Shown here: in pieces, positions 14,084 through 28,279 of the stretch
How the letters are laid out: every line of letters begins with the position of its first letter
Position numbering within the stretch: the stretch's first letter is position 1
NCBI RefSeq assembly: GCF_009914755.1
Contig: NC_060938.1
DNA: 64,000 nucleotides
DNA from: the human T2T-CHM13v2.0 reference genome, Homo sapiens
Direction: 5' to 3' (one strand)
The notes under the pieces: model-generated
The model's database searches: none
What the model was told of the DNA's origin: nothing
What the model saw: only the letters and a program-made list of their open reading frames with translations
Position numbers and translations under genes: made by a program

Positions 14084-16179
14084 AATTTAATATATCAAGT
14101 AAACTGAATTATTTCAATATTTCTCTTTTTATAAGAGGTATACTTTTGAGATGTTCCAAGCGCCCATCTGGAAAATTCCCAAGTTAATTTAGGGTCAAGT
14201 TAAAGATTTAACTTAGAACTTAATTTTGGAAAGTTTGTTAAAAATACGAAAGGTCGAAAACACTTGATCAAATAGCATCACAGGCAGCTGTGAGCAATAG
14301 TAGAAAGTTCCATCATTGTAGAAAAACTTTAGCTCTTTTAGTAGACAACATGAAGCACAGAAAATTATCTGAGTGACACAAAAAATGTTGGTTTCCCAGG
14401 CCAATTATCTAAAAGGTAAAGAAAAATCTTTCATGATTTAATATTAAGAATATACTAATACTTTAAGAAAACTTTGTTGTTTTAACAGAGAGGACAAAAT
14501 TCTAGTTTTGCAGTAGTATACTTTTGATATTAATTCTCAACTTTTAGAAAACAAATCTTATAAACAATTCCCTTCTAATCTTTAGCCAGCTTGATCAAAT
14601 GGAACATCTTTCACAAGATTTATCTACAAACAGTCTTCTACAACTTTGTCTTTCATTCAGTTTTTGTCCTACACTTTTTCTCTTCTCATTTTGGAGCAAC
14701 CACTCATCCTTCTTTAGGGCAAAAAGTACTTTTTTTTTCGTAAGAAAGATACAACATCCTCACATCTTCATAGCTTTTTCTTAACAAAAGCACATCTTAC
14801 GTTCCTTGTGTACTTGCACACAGAATTGCTTCTCATTATTTCTAACAATTTTAGTTACATATATTAATTAGAATGTTTAATTCTTAGCAACCTTAATTTT
14901 CAGTGAACACTAAGAAGACAGCAATTGTGAACTGTCTGTGACACCAGCAATCTGTCAATTGGTAAATCTATGAATCATATTTTACAGAAGTATCTGCTTC
15001 TTCATTGTACAATTTGTCAATGTAGGACAGGACATGTTTACTAATACTACCAAATATATTTAGTATCTCTTTGATAAGAAACTATAAAGGAATCAAAACT
15101 TTATCTTTATACTCAGGCTTTTTGTTTTTTGTGGATAGGCCTGAGAATTAGATTTTTGTTTGTACAGATTTCCCTGAGGCTTATCTTTCAATTCTAATGA
15201 AAAGAATGTTAAAACCTTTTGCTGTAGGAAGGACATCTTTTACATAAGAATTTTATCTTGTTTACATCTATTTAACTAACTTATTTTAGCAGTTATGCTT
15301 GGATTGCATGTAAAGATGAGACATTAAACAGCTAGCTGTAATCTTAAGTTACTTTTCTGGTTTCCAATTTTGTAATATAGAGATAACTTAAGCTAATTTT
15401 ACCATTGAACCTAAGTAGAAAATGCCATGCAACTGTATAATATTTAATACTAAAAACTCTGGAGATATGTCTGTTTTAATCAAATAAACAATATTCTTGC
15501 TTTCCAAAGATTACTGAATTTATGTGAACTTGAAAAGCATTCAAATTAGGTCGTCTTTTGTTCTAAGAGAATGCTTCATTTATATAAGTACTTATTTTTA
15601 TTAAAGCCATGTAAATGCAGATATTTTACAATCTAATTTGTGATATCTTGAGATAAATGTTACACATATATATCATGCATACAAACATATACAAACATAT
15701 AGACAGAAAAAGATCTTATAGATCTCATTCTAAAATTGTATTCCTGTACCAGGTATAATTAACACATGATCGATTATTTATTAAAGACTATTTGGATTCT
15801 ACTTGTTTTTCTGGCCAATGGAACAAAATTTTCTGTACAGATGGCTAAAGATTTTGACTGATATTTATGAAAAAATACCTTTAAGATTTTTAATTTGCCT
15901 TCTCTAAGAAACTTTTTAAAGAGGAAATCTTGGTTTTATTTAATCTTTTAGATGTCTGTGTGTACCAACTAAAGAATTCATTCCATTGATGTTGTGGCAT
16001 TTTTGATATTTTCTTTCTTAATGCACTTCACAAATGAACAGGTTTATCTAGGTTAAAACTTCCCCACTGTGGCCACTGTAAATTTAAGTTGTTCTTAGTA
16101 AGATTAAATCATTTCTCAAAAAATATACAGATTCTAGGCCCATAATTTTCATATTAACACATAAGGTTAACTGGTATCC

Positions 16180-16667
16180 TAATAGCAAAGATATATAATC
16201 AACTTAAATGCCCATCACTGATAGACTGGATAAAGAAAATGTGGTACATATACACCATGGAATACTATGTAGCCATAAAAAAGAACAAGATCATGTTTTT
16301 TGCAAGTACATGGATGGAGCTGGAGGCCATTATCCTTAGCAAACTAACACAGGAACAGAAAACTAAATACTGCATGTTCTCATAATTAGGAGCTAAATGA
16401 TAATACATGGATACATCAATGGGAAAAATACACATTGGAGACTTCCAGAGAGTGAAGGGCAGGATGGGGGAGAGGATCAGGAAAAATAATTAATGGGTAC
16501 TAGGCTTAATACCTGCATCAGGAAAAATAACTAATGGGTACTAGGCTTAATACCTGGGTGATGAAAGAATCTGTACTACAAACCCTCATGACACAAGTTT
16601 ACTTGTGTAACAAACCTGCACTTGTACCCCTGAAATTAAAATAAAAGTTCAAAAAAAAAAAAAAAAG
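16180..16667 (+). mobile_element. L1PA11-13-type 3' end with poly(A), inside the ERV
   Basis: ORF2 C-terminus and 3' UTR ('ggaaaaataactaatgggtactaggcttaatacctgggtgatga'), A15 tail, 41 bp internal tandem duplication at 16476-16556. Confidence 0.9.
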
Positions 16668-16689
16668 AAATCACAAAATGACAGCAGGC

Positions 16690-17256
16690 TGTCAAATAAA
16701 TAAAAATATTTTACTCCAAAATACATTTCTTTGACCTATTTTGAAATGATCCCGCAAAGCTGCCTCTTGTGGGGGAAATTTACGTTTGGATGATGATCTC
16801 CTTCTTTATCCAGGCGTTTTTCTGATCCTGAAGAGACTAGCTGAGTCTAGTACCTTTTAAAGGACTGAATAGGAAGCATTTCCCATCTATTGCCTCTAAG
16901 GGCAGCCACCTACGAGACTTTGTCAACATAACAAGAACCTTGGTCTCCACAACCCCTTATACTCCTTTCTACTGTTTCCAGGTCTTCAGAGTTAAATTCT
17001 TAACTCTTTCAGCCAATTGCCAATCAGAAGATCTTTGAATCCATCTATGACCTGTAAGCTCCTGCTTCATTGTCCTACCTTTCCAGACTGAACCAATGTA
17101 TACCTCACATGTATTGATTGATGTCTGCCTGTAACTTCTGTCCCCCTAAAATGTATAAAATCAAGCTGTTACTGAACCACCTTGGACGCATGTTTTCAGG
17201 TCCTCCTGAGGCTGCGTTGTGGGTCATGGTCCTCACATTTAGCTCAGAATAAATAT
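16690..17256 (+). mobile_element. MER4-family (C/D-like) ERV1 LTR, opposite orientation to the host provirus
   Basis: MER4 motifs 'cctaaaatgtataaaatcaagctg', 'accaccttggacgcatgttttcagg' and 'gctcagaataaa'. Confidence 0.8.
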
Positions 17257-17623
17257 ATTTTTTAAATAAATATATTTTTTTAAGTTACCAAGTGTCCCAT
17301 TAAGTAAAGTCACAGATTCCTCAGATTTGGATGAACCATTTTCAAAAAGTGGCTACCTGAGGCCTCTAACAGGATCCAATCCAGTGAATTATCGAATCCA
17401 ATTCAATCCTGAACCAGTCCAGTAAAACAATGCTTAAATAAAATCAGTCAGCTCAAAACACAAATCCATGGAGCTGAAATAAAAGAGAAAACTTGTCCAC
17501 AGTGAGAACTTGCTGCAAGAGATCAATAGGCACAAGGGACCCTCTTGAGTACCTTTGTTTGGTCACTCAGAGCTCCTGGGGGTCCTTGAGAATCTATGTT
17601 GAAACTCATTTTTGATGCAAATA

Positions 17624-17994
17624 TCTTAAAAGAAAAATTTTCAATAAATTGAATTTAGCAGAGTTTATTTGAACAAAGAAACAATTCATGAATTAGGCAG
17701 TACCCTGAAGCAGTAAAGCTTCAGAGAGCTTCACCCAGAAACACGGGTGGGCTTTTATAGACAGAAAAGGATGTGACATACAGAAATAGCCTGATTGGCT
17801 AATGTTTTGCATTCACATTATTTGGACATGTCCAATCAGTTTGCAGCCTATGATTGGCTGAAAGCTCAGTTGCTGTGATTGGCCAAAATATGAAAATATT
17901 CTCAAGTTAAGTAGCGATTTGTTTACATATTAAGTTAGGTTAAAGTTTATTAAGTACAGAGGCAGTTACAGGCCAAATTTAATTTAACTTAACA
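17624..17994 (-). mobile_element. MER57-group LTR (5' LTR of the provirus)
   Basis: Several ATTGG (minus-strand CCAAT) boxes, a minus-strand AATAAA near 17664, and a terminus shared with the stub at 9735-9753. Confidence 0.8.
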
Positions 17995-18131
17995 ATAGTA
18001 ACTAGCATTCATTATTGTTCCACATCCCTGTGCACTGTTGATGGCTGTACTTTTTGTTATTTAGGAAATTTCAGGGGAAAAAGGGATACAATATGTATGA
18101 GTTTCTGAAGATGTCCAGAAACCAATTTTCT

Positions 18132-18440
<309 letters not shown>

Positions 18441-19139
18441 AGAAACCAATCTTCTATAGTTATACTCTAAACCCCCTTTTCCCCTCCTACCAAGTGACTG
18501 TTTCTTCAATATAAATTAAGTACATGTCTTTTTCTTATCTGCTTGGATTAAACTAATTTACTTAACATTTACTTATTCTGTCTTCTTTGGAGCTACACTT
18601 TGCTGCACTCTGCACAACATCTGAACTAACTATGTCACGTGTACATACTTTGGATACTCCTCTAAACTATAATTTCAGTCTCCTTTTAATCATGGAGTTG
18701 AAAGTCAAGAGACAACTGTTGAGGTTTTTATTTTGTGATTCCAACTTGTTTTAATAACAGACTATGTGGAAACAGGGTGGGCAGAGGGGAGTCATGTGAA
18801 AAAGGGAGCACAAATATTTCTTGACTTCAAAGCAAAGAGAAAAGAATAAATAAGTCACTATAGCCATCAACTCCATGTATTTATTACCTTTTAAAAATGG
18901 CCAGAGGTACTGAAATATAAATGAAAGAGATTACTAGGAAGTCTGACATTCCTCTCACTTCCAGACTATTCAACAATGCACTTACTCTGAGAATGCTGTG
19001 TGCACTTTTAATTTTTTTGTCTAAATTGAACAAGAAAACATGCTTGTTTAACAAATTTAAATAATATGTATATAGTAAGCTGGGTAAGCCCTTCTGTGCC
19101 TTTTCTTTGTCCTTATTAGTTCTACATTTATTATCTTTT

Positions 19140-19500
19140 AAAATTATTTTTCTGTGCATATAAACATAAATCTTATATGTTCAACTACAATTTTGTTTGA
19201 TGTTTTAACAAATTGGGATTGGACTCTTCATATTGTTCTGTAGCTTGCTATTTTATTTAACAATATGCAATTAATATATTTCTAAATCATAACCTAATTT
19301 ATTTATTTTAATTGCTGCACAGTTTTCCATTTATGATATTATGTAATCCTTTCTCTCTCATACACATATATACTCACATACATAGACACACACACACACA
19401 CATTTTTTTTCATACCACTGGCAATATTGTCATGAGATTCCTTGTGCATATATTTATATATGTGTGCTCAAGTATTTTGTAGGAAATATATACTTATAAA
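19140..19500 (-). mobile_element. Old L1ME-type 3' fragment containing a (CA)n tract
   Basis: Degenerate 'ttatttttaattgctgcacagttttccatt' and 'ttccttgtgcatatattt' L1M motifs. Confidence 0.5.
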
Positions 19501-22490
19501 TTATTTAATACTTTATATATATTTTTACCATTCATAGTTCATATAGGGAATGAGAGACTCACACATACACTCACACACATATTTTGGCTGTGTCTTCATT
19601 ATCTCAGTAGACTAAATAAGATATTTTAGGCAAATATTTAGAAATGTTATAACCAGAGTGCTAAACATGATTAAGTGTAATTCTCACTTAATGAAACATT
19701 TCTAGACATTACCCTATTCGTACCCTTATCTTAGCTCTGAATATTCACTAACATATTCAAATATCTTCTCATTCTGTATCAGCCCCCATATTCGCTTTAT
19801 GGTCTAGTATCTTCTTCCTTCATTTGACATTTATCAACATGCTGCTGATGCTATTTTATTTTTCTCTGTTCTTCCAGCAATTTTTAGTATCAGCCTCTAT
19901 CTGCAGTAAAGAACAAAGCTGCAGTGGAAATGACAGCTTCCCTAGAAGCCATCTAAGTACCTTCCTATGCTCTGGGTTTTTTTGTTCTTTTTAGAAAATT
20001 AGAGAACACAAAACATGGGCTATACCTGACAAGATTCTGAGTTGAACTCATTTTTGGTAGATGTCATGCTGTGGCTGACAGCTTTGCAGCCAGAAGAGTG
20101 ATTTTGGACAAGGGAAGGGAGAATGGGACAGTATTGCAGCATTTAATATTTTATTTGCAACCACGTTGATTTTTTTAAAAGAAATATCTTGTGTTATAAC
20201 AAAGATTATTGTTATTTTTGTTGAAAAACCATGAACTTAAAGGGACACTAGTTTTATGAAAATGAAATGAATCAGTTTAGTATTAAAGAGTGGACAGTTT
20301 ATGTGTGCTTATAATTATGGAAAGACTTAGAGATGAGTATAAAAAGTGGAAAAGTAAAGAAAACTGCATATTTATTGAGTATTCTTAAAAACCTTTTGGA
20401 AGCAGTGTAGCTAAAAGAAAGGAACTATGTTTCTAGAACTATTGTGAGAACTAGGGAAGCCAAAGTCTATAAAATCATATTTTCATAATGGATGACTGGA
20501 TGCAGAAAAACCTCATATTTTCAAAGAAACATTGATTTCTAAAGATAAGAATATTTGTGATTTTATATTATGCATTTATTTGAGAAACTCATTTACATAG
20601 GACAAACCTCCTCTTCCTGTACATATGGCAGCCCAGCAATTATTACTGGTAAGATGTAGGTTACTTGGACAGCTTAAGCTTGTTTTTTCATCAACAAATA
20701 GAAAAGATAAATCTATTTATACAAGATAGCAGTCATGAGAAAAACAAAATTGATTGAATCAGATCAATTGTTTTCATATGCAAGAAATAAATAATTTTAA
20801 ACTAAAAACTGCATTTATTTCTGTTGATTGGCACCAGTTGAAAATCAGTGCGATGGAGTCATTTGGTACTCCATGCTGTTCTACATGACCCACATTATTT
20901 GGTTAATTTTCTGCTTCAGGAACATTATATAGTCACCACCAAGGCAGGCCAGGCAGAGTCAGGAAAGCATAATTTATGCAGCCTACCAAAATGCTATTGA
21001 GGTTATACTTATTTAAAAATACTTAAGCATTATTAGAATGGGAAATCTAAAAGTCAGGAGTGAAATAGTATATTGTATATAGTTTGATATTTAATAGTTA
21101 CACAGAGGGAAGTACAAATAGCAATTTATTCTTGTTTTTAGTCCCTCATATTTACATTCTATTTCTGTATCCCCCAGTGAACTGGGGTAAGATTGATTGT
21201 GCTCTTCTCTAATCCTTAAGCATTATATACTGGATGGCTGAGAGTTGTACTGAGTACTGAAATTATGCCAATATAAGTATAATATTGCCTTTTACTTTTC
21301 AACAACTTGAGTTGCTCCATGAAAGGAGCAATTTACCCAAATACCTGAGCGAGCATCTGGAGACATGTCTTTTATTTACAATTTGACTACCAGACAAGTC
21401 ATTAAGAATTTCAGAATTTGCTAGCTATGTTTTTAAGATAGGAAGTCCAAACTAAATTATGATTCAGAAAATCCATTTGGCTAAAGTGAAATTTTATGCA
21501 ATTAAATCCACACAGTAAATATATTGGCAAATTATTTAGACTGCTCCATAGCTTTGGGACTATTTCCAACACAACTAAGATGGAAAGAAATCCTGCTTGT
21601 TTAAAGTGATTGCTTCTTCCACACAGAGTTTAGACACTGTGATTCTGCAATGCCTTATTGTGCTCTAGATCCAGAGCGAATGGAGTGGAGGTGAGGCCCT
21701 TTTAAAAGGCACTTTTTTCTCGTAAGTTGACTGCTCTAGGTTCAATTATGAGTGTAATTGTTTTTAATAAAACTCAAATATTAATTTAATTTTGGATTTT
21801 TTTAGAACCACTACTCATCCATTTGACATTTTTTGTGTTGTGAATTAGAGAAAGATGGCTTTGGAGTTGACAGCCTCTGCCAGCTGACAGCCTCTGCCAG
21901 CAATCCCTGCCCCCAACTTGTCTTCTCATCTGGGCACTGTTTTGCGGCACAATCGGTTCAACTGTTCATGACAGCTCTGCATTTTTAATTAGTCTCTAAT
22001 TTAATATTTGTCACATTATTTCTTGCACATACTGTTGATTTTAAGCTTTAAACTATATCTAGAATGCGCTGATTTTGTCGAGGATGTTGTAATAAATTAT
22101 AGAAAATTATCTGATTTATACTTTTTCAGCTTTTTATTTACTTTAAGTGAGTATTTATTCATCCTCTTTTTGTCTCAGACAAAGAAGTATTCCTCCTTGC
22201 TGCTGGGCTTAGCCTCTCATCGCTCCCTCACCTGCTCAGGTGACTGCCTGTTCCAGCATGCCCCTCTGGGTTTTACGCCTTCAGGCTTTCTCTCTGTACT
22301 GAATCCTTCATTTTGGTTTGCTATGTTCTCAAATCTCCACTATCTAAACCCCAGGCTTTTATTTCTGCAGCTTCTTCTACCTGGAAAACTTTAACCATTT
22401 ATATATTCCTAAGCCTTTCTTTCTTTCAAAAACCGATAATAATGCCACCTCCTCCAATGAGCTTTCCCAGAAAAAAAAATGTGTTTCTTG

Positions 22491-22625
22491 GGTCAGGCAT
22501 GATGGCTCATGCCTGTAAATCCCAGAACTTTGGGAGGCCAAGGCAGGAGGATCAGTTGAGTACAGGAGTTTGAGACTAGCCTGGGCAATATCATGAGACC
22601 CCCATCTCAAAAATGATAATTTTTA
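22491..22625 (+). mobile_element. FLAM_C Alu monomer
   Basis: Single left arm with 'ggaggatc..ttgag' and 'cctgggcaa'. TSD aaaaatgt(g/a)tttctt. Confidence 0.85.
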
Positions 22626-22909
22626 AAAATGTATTTCTTCCTTTGAAATCCCGTAGATCTGAACCTAAATATTTCTTATGGTAGTCACAATTGCATAGCC
22701 TGGAATAAATGTTATGTGTGTATAAGTTTCATCTAGCTAAGAAGAATTTGAGTATCTTGCAGATAAAATTCATATGTACTTCGAGTCTCTAACACAGAGC
22801 AGAATGCCATGCATATATTTGATACCTAATATGTTTCAGTAGGGAATTTAGAGAAGAAATTTTACTTTTGTAATGCATATCATTTTAGTACTTTAATTTC
22901 TTTAATGAT

Positions 22910-24575
<1,666 letters not shown>

Positions 24576-24623
24576 CTATATTTCTGAAGTTTTTTTCAAT
24601 GGTTTCTGTAAGATTTATCATAT

Positions 24624-24720
24624 ATAGATGCTCCTCAAATTACAGGTGCTACTTAATCTATGATGGATTGCATTTTGATAAACCCATCATATGTTGAAAC
24701 TACCATCAGTAAAAAATGTA
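24624..24720 (+). mobile_element. MER47-type (Tigger5) DNA transposon left end
   Basis: 'tagatgctcctc..atgatgg..gataaacccatcatatgttgaaa' matches the recalled MER47A start. The first ~18 bp appear tandemly duplicated. Confidence 0.65.
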
Positions 24721-27700
24721 GCAATTGTTAATGGGAGTTCATTCATGATTTGGCTCTCTGCTTGTCTATTGTTGATGTATAGGAATGCTTGTGATTTTTG
24801 CACATTAGTTTTGTATGCTGAGACTTTGCTGAAGTTGCTTACCAGTTCAAAGAGTATTGGAGCTGAGAAAATGGGTTTTCTAAATATAGAATCATGTCAT
24901 TTGCAAACAGAGACAATTTGACTTCCACTCTTTCTATTTGAATATGCTTTATTTCTCTCTCTTGCCTGATTGCCCTGGCCAATACTTCCAACACTATGTT
25001 AAATAGGAGTGGTGAGAGAGGGCATCCTTGCCTTGTGCCAGTTTTAAAAAGAAAAGCTTCCAGCTTTTGCCCATTCAGTATGATATTCACTATGGTTATG
25101 TCATAAATAGCTCTTATTATTTTGAGATATGTTCCATCAATACCTATTTTGTTGAGAGTTTTTAACATGAAGGTATGTTGAATTTTATTGAAGGCCTTTT
25201 CTGCATCTATTGAGATAATCATGTGGTTTTTGTCATTGGTTCTGTTTATGCATTGATGTTCATCAGGGATATGGCCTAAAGTTTTCTTTTTTTCATTGTG
25301 TCTCTGCCAGGTTTTGGTATCAGGGTGATGCTGGCCTCATAGAATGAGTTAGGGAGGAGTCCCTCCTTTTCAGTTATTTGGAATAGTTTCAGAAACAATG
25401 GTACCAGCTCCTCGTTGTACCTCTAATAGAATTTTGCTGTGAATCCATCTCGTCCTGGGCTTCTTTTGATTGGTAAGCTATTAATTACTGCCTCAATTTC
25501 CGAACTTGCTATTGGTCTATTTATCGATTCAACTTCTTCCTCATTTAGTCTTGGGAGGGTGTATGTGTCCAGGAATTTATCCATTTCTTCCAGATATTCT
25601 AGTTTATTTGTGTCTAGGTGTTTATAGTATTCTCTGATGGTAGTTTGTATTTCTGTGGAACCAGTGGTAACATCCCCTTTTTCATTTTTTATTGTATCTA
25701 TTTGATTTTTCTCCCGTTTCTTCTTTATTAGTCTAGCTGGCAGTCTATCTATTTTGTTAATTTTTTCAAAAAAAAAAAAAACAGCTTCGGGGTTCATTGA
25801 TTTTTTGAAGGGTTTTTTATGTCTCTATCTCCTTCAGTTCTGCTTTGATCTTAGTTATTTCTTGCCTTCTGCTAACTTTTGAATTTGTTTCTTCTTGCTG
25901 CTCTAGATGCAGTTTCTTCATAGTGTTATTGGTTTTTACATTTTGGAATGTTTTTGCAGTGGTTGGTACTGGTTTTTCCTTTCCATATTTAGTGCTTCCT
26001 TCAGGAGCTCTTGCAAGGCAGGCCTGATGGTGACAAAATACCTTGGCATTTCCTTGAAGGACTTTATTTCTCCTTCATTTATGCAGCTTAGTTTGGCTGG
26101 ATATTAAATTCTAGGTTGAAAATTCTTTTCTTTAAGAATGTTGAGAATTGCCCCCCACTCTTTTCTGGCTTGTAGTGTTTCTGCTGAGAGATCTGCTGTT
26201 AGTCTGATGGGCTACCCTTTGTAGGTGACCTGACCTTTCTTCCTGGCTGCTCTTAATTTTTTCCTTCACTTCCACCTTGGAGAATCTGACGATTATGTGT
26301 CTTGGAGCTGATCTTCTTATGGAGTGTCTTAGTGGTGTTCTCTGAATTTCCTGAATTTGAATGTCAGCCTGTCTGGCTAGGTTGGGGACGTTCTCCTGGA
26401 TAATATCCTGAAGTGTGTTTTCCAACTTGGTTCCATTCTACCCCCCACTTTCAGGTACACCAATCAATCATAGCTTTGGTCTTTTCACATAGTCCCATAT
26501 TTCTTGGAGGTTTTGTTCGTTTATTTTCATTCTTTGTTTTGTTTTGTTTTCTAATCTTGTCTGCATGCCTTATTTCGGCAAGGTAGTCATCAATCTCTGA
26601 TATCCTTTCTCCTGTTTGATTGGTTTGGCTATTGATACTTGTGTATGCTTCCCGAAGTCCTCTTGCTATTTTTCAGCTCCATCAGGTCATTTCTGTTCCT
26701 CTCTAAACTGGTTATTCAAGTTAGCATTTCCTGTAACCTTTTATCAAGGTTCTTAGCTTCCTTGCATTGGGTTAGAACATCCTTCTTTAGCTCAGAGTTT
26801 GTTAGTACCCATCTTCTGAAGCTTACTTCAATTCATCTATCTCATTCTCCATCCAGTTTTGCACCCTTGCTGGAGAGGAGTTGCAATCATTTGGAGGAGA
26901 AGAGACATTCTGGCTTTTGGAATTTTCAGCATTTTGGGGCTGGTTTTTCTTCATTTTTGTGGATTTATCTACCTTTGATCTTTGAGGCTGATGACCTTTG
27001 GATGGGGTTTTTTGGGGGGCTCTTTTTTGTTGATGTTGCTGTTGTTGTTGCTTTCTGTTTGTTAGTTTTTCTTCTAGTAGTCAGGCCCCTCTTCTGCAGG
27101 TCTGCTGCAGTTTGCTGGAGGTCCACTCCAGACCATGTTCACCTGGGTATCACCAGTGGAGGCTGCAGAACAGCACATTGCTGCCTGCTTCTAGAAGCTT
27201 CATCCCAGAGGGCCACTGGCCTGATGCCAGTCTGAACTCTCTTGTATGACCCCTGTTGGGAGGTCTCTCCCAGTCAGGAGCCACAGGAGTCATGGATTCA
27301 CTTGAGGCGGCAGTCTGTCCTTTAGCAGAGCTGGTGCGCTGTGCTGGGAGACTCCCCCTTGTCTGGATCAGCCACTCTCTTCAGACCCTACAGGCAGGAA
27401 AGATTCAGTCTGCTGAAGCTGTGACCACAGCCGCCCCTCTCCCCAGGTGCTCTGTCCCAAAGACATGAGAGTTTTATCTCTAAGCCCCAGCAGCTGCTGT
27501 GCTTCCTGTAGAGATGCCCTGCTCAGTGAGAAGGAATCTAGAGAAGCAGTCTGGCCATAGCCACTTTGCCATGCTGTGGTGAATTCTGCCCAGTCCAAAC
27601 TTCCCAGTCTCCTTAGCGCTGTCAGGGGAAAACTGCCTACTAAAGCCTCAGTAATGGTGGCTGTTCCTCCCCTCACCAAGCTCGATCACCGCAGGTTAAC

Positions 27701-28277
27701 TCCAGACTGCTGTGCTGACAGTGAGAATTTCAAGCCAGTGGTTCCTAGCTTGCCGGGCTCCGTGGGAGTGGGACCTAATGAGTGAGACTGCTTGGCTTCC
27801 TGGCTTAAGCTCCATTTCCGGGGGAGTGGATGGTTCTTCTGTTTTGCTGGAGTTCCAGGCACCGCTGGGGTAAGAAAAACCTCCTGCAGCTAGCTCAGTG
27901 CCTGCCCAAACAGCTGCCCAGTTTTGTGCTTGAAACCCAGGGCCCTGGTGGTGTAGGCTCACAAGGGAATCTCCTGATCTGCAGATTGCAAAAATCCATT
28001 GGAAAAATGTAGTACCTAGGGCGGGTCCATAGTCCTTCACTGCTTCCCTTGGATAGGGGAGGGAGGTCCCTCGGCTCATTGTACTTCCTGGATGAAGCAA
28101 TGCCCCACCCTGCTTCTGCTAGCTCACTGTGGGTTGCACCCACCGCCTAACCAGTTCCATTGAGATGAACTGGGTATGTCAGTTGGAAATGCAGAAACCA
28201 CCCACCTTCTCTGTTGGTCTCGCTGGGTGCTGCAAACCAGAGCCGTTTCTATTCAGCCATCTTGGCCCTTCCTCCCA
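24721..28277 (-). mobile_element. L1PA7/8-like LINE: 5' UTR, ORF1 and part of ORF2, internally deleted, 3' end missing
   Basis: ORF2 pieces (24839-25222, 25423-25797), ORF1 piece (26132-26425), and L1 5' terminus 'cagccatcttggcccttcctccc' near 28277. Deletions near 25250 and 25906 (the latter removes the EN domain). Confidence 0.9.
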
Positions 28278-28279
28278 TC

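Larger units (their letters stand above)
9721..17994 (-). mobile_element. Decayed ERV1 provirus, MER57/MER4-group-like (5' LTR, internal region with integrase and env remnants, 3' LTR stub)
   Basis: Complete LTR at 17624-17994. An identical 19 bp LTR terminus 'aatttaatttaacttaaca' at 9735-9753 abuts the reverse-complement polypurine tract 'atttcccccttt'. Integrase and env motifs lie between them in the expected order. Confidence 0.8.

Noticed and set aside
16476-16556. 41 bp direct repeat, plus 15-17 bp tandem pairs at about 21868-21901, 23121-23156 and 35181-35210, as a CRISPR-like or functional array
   Set aside because: Two adjacent copies with no spacers. These are ordinary slippage duplications in eukaryotic DNA.
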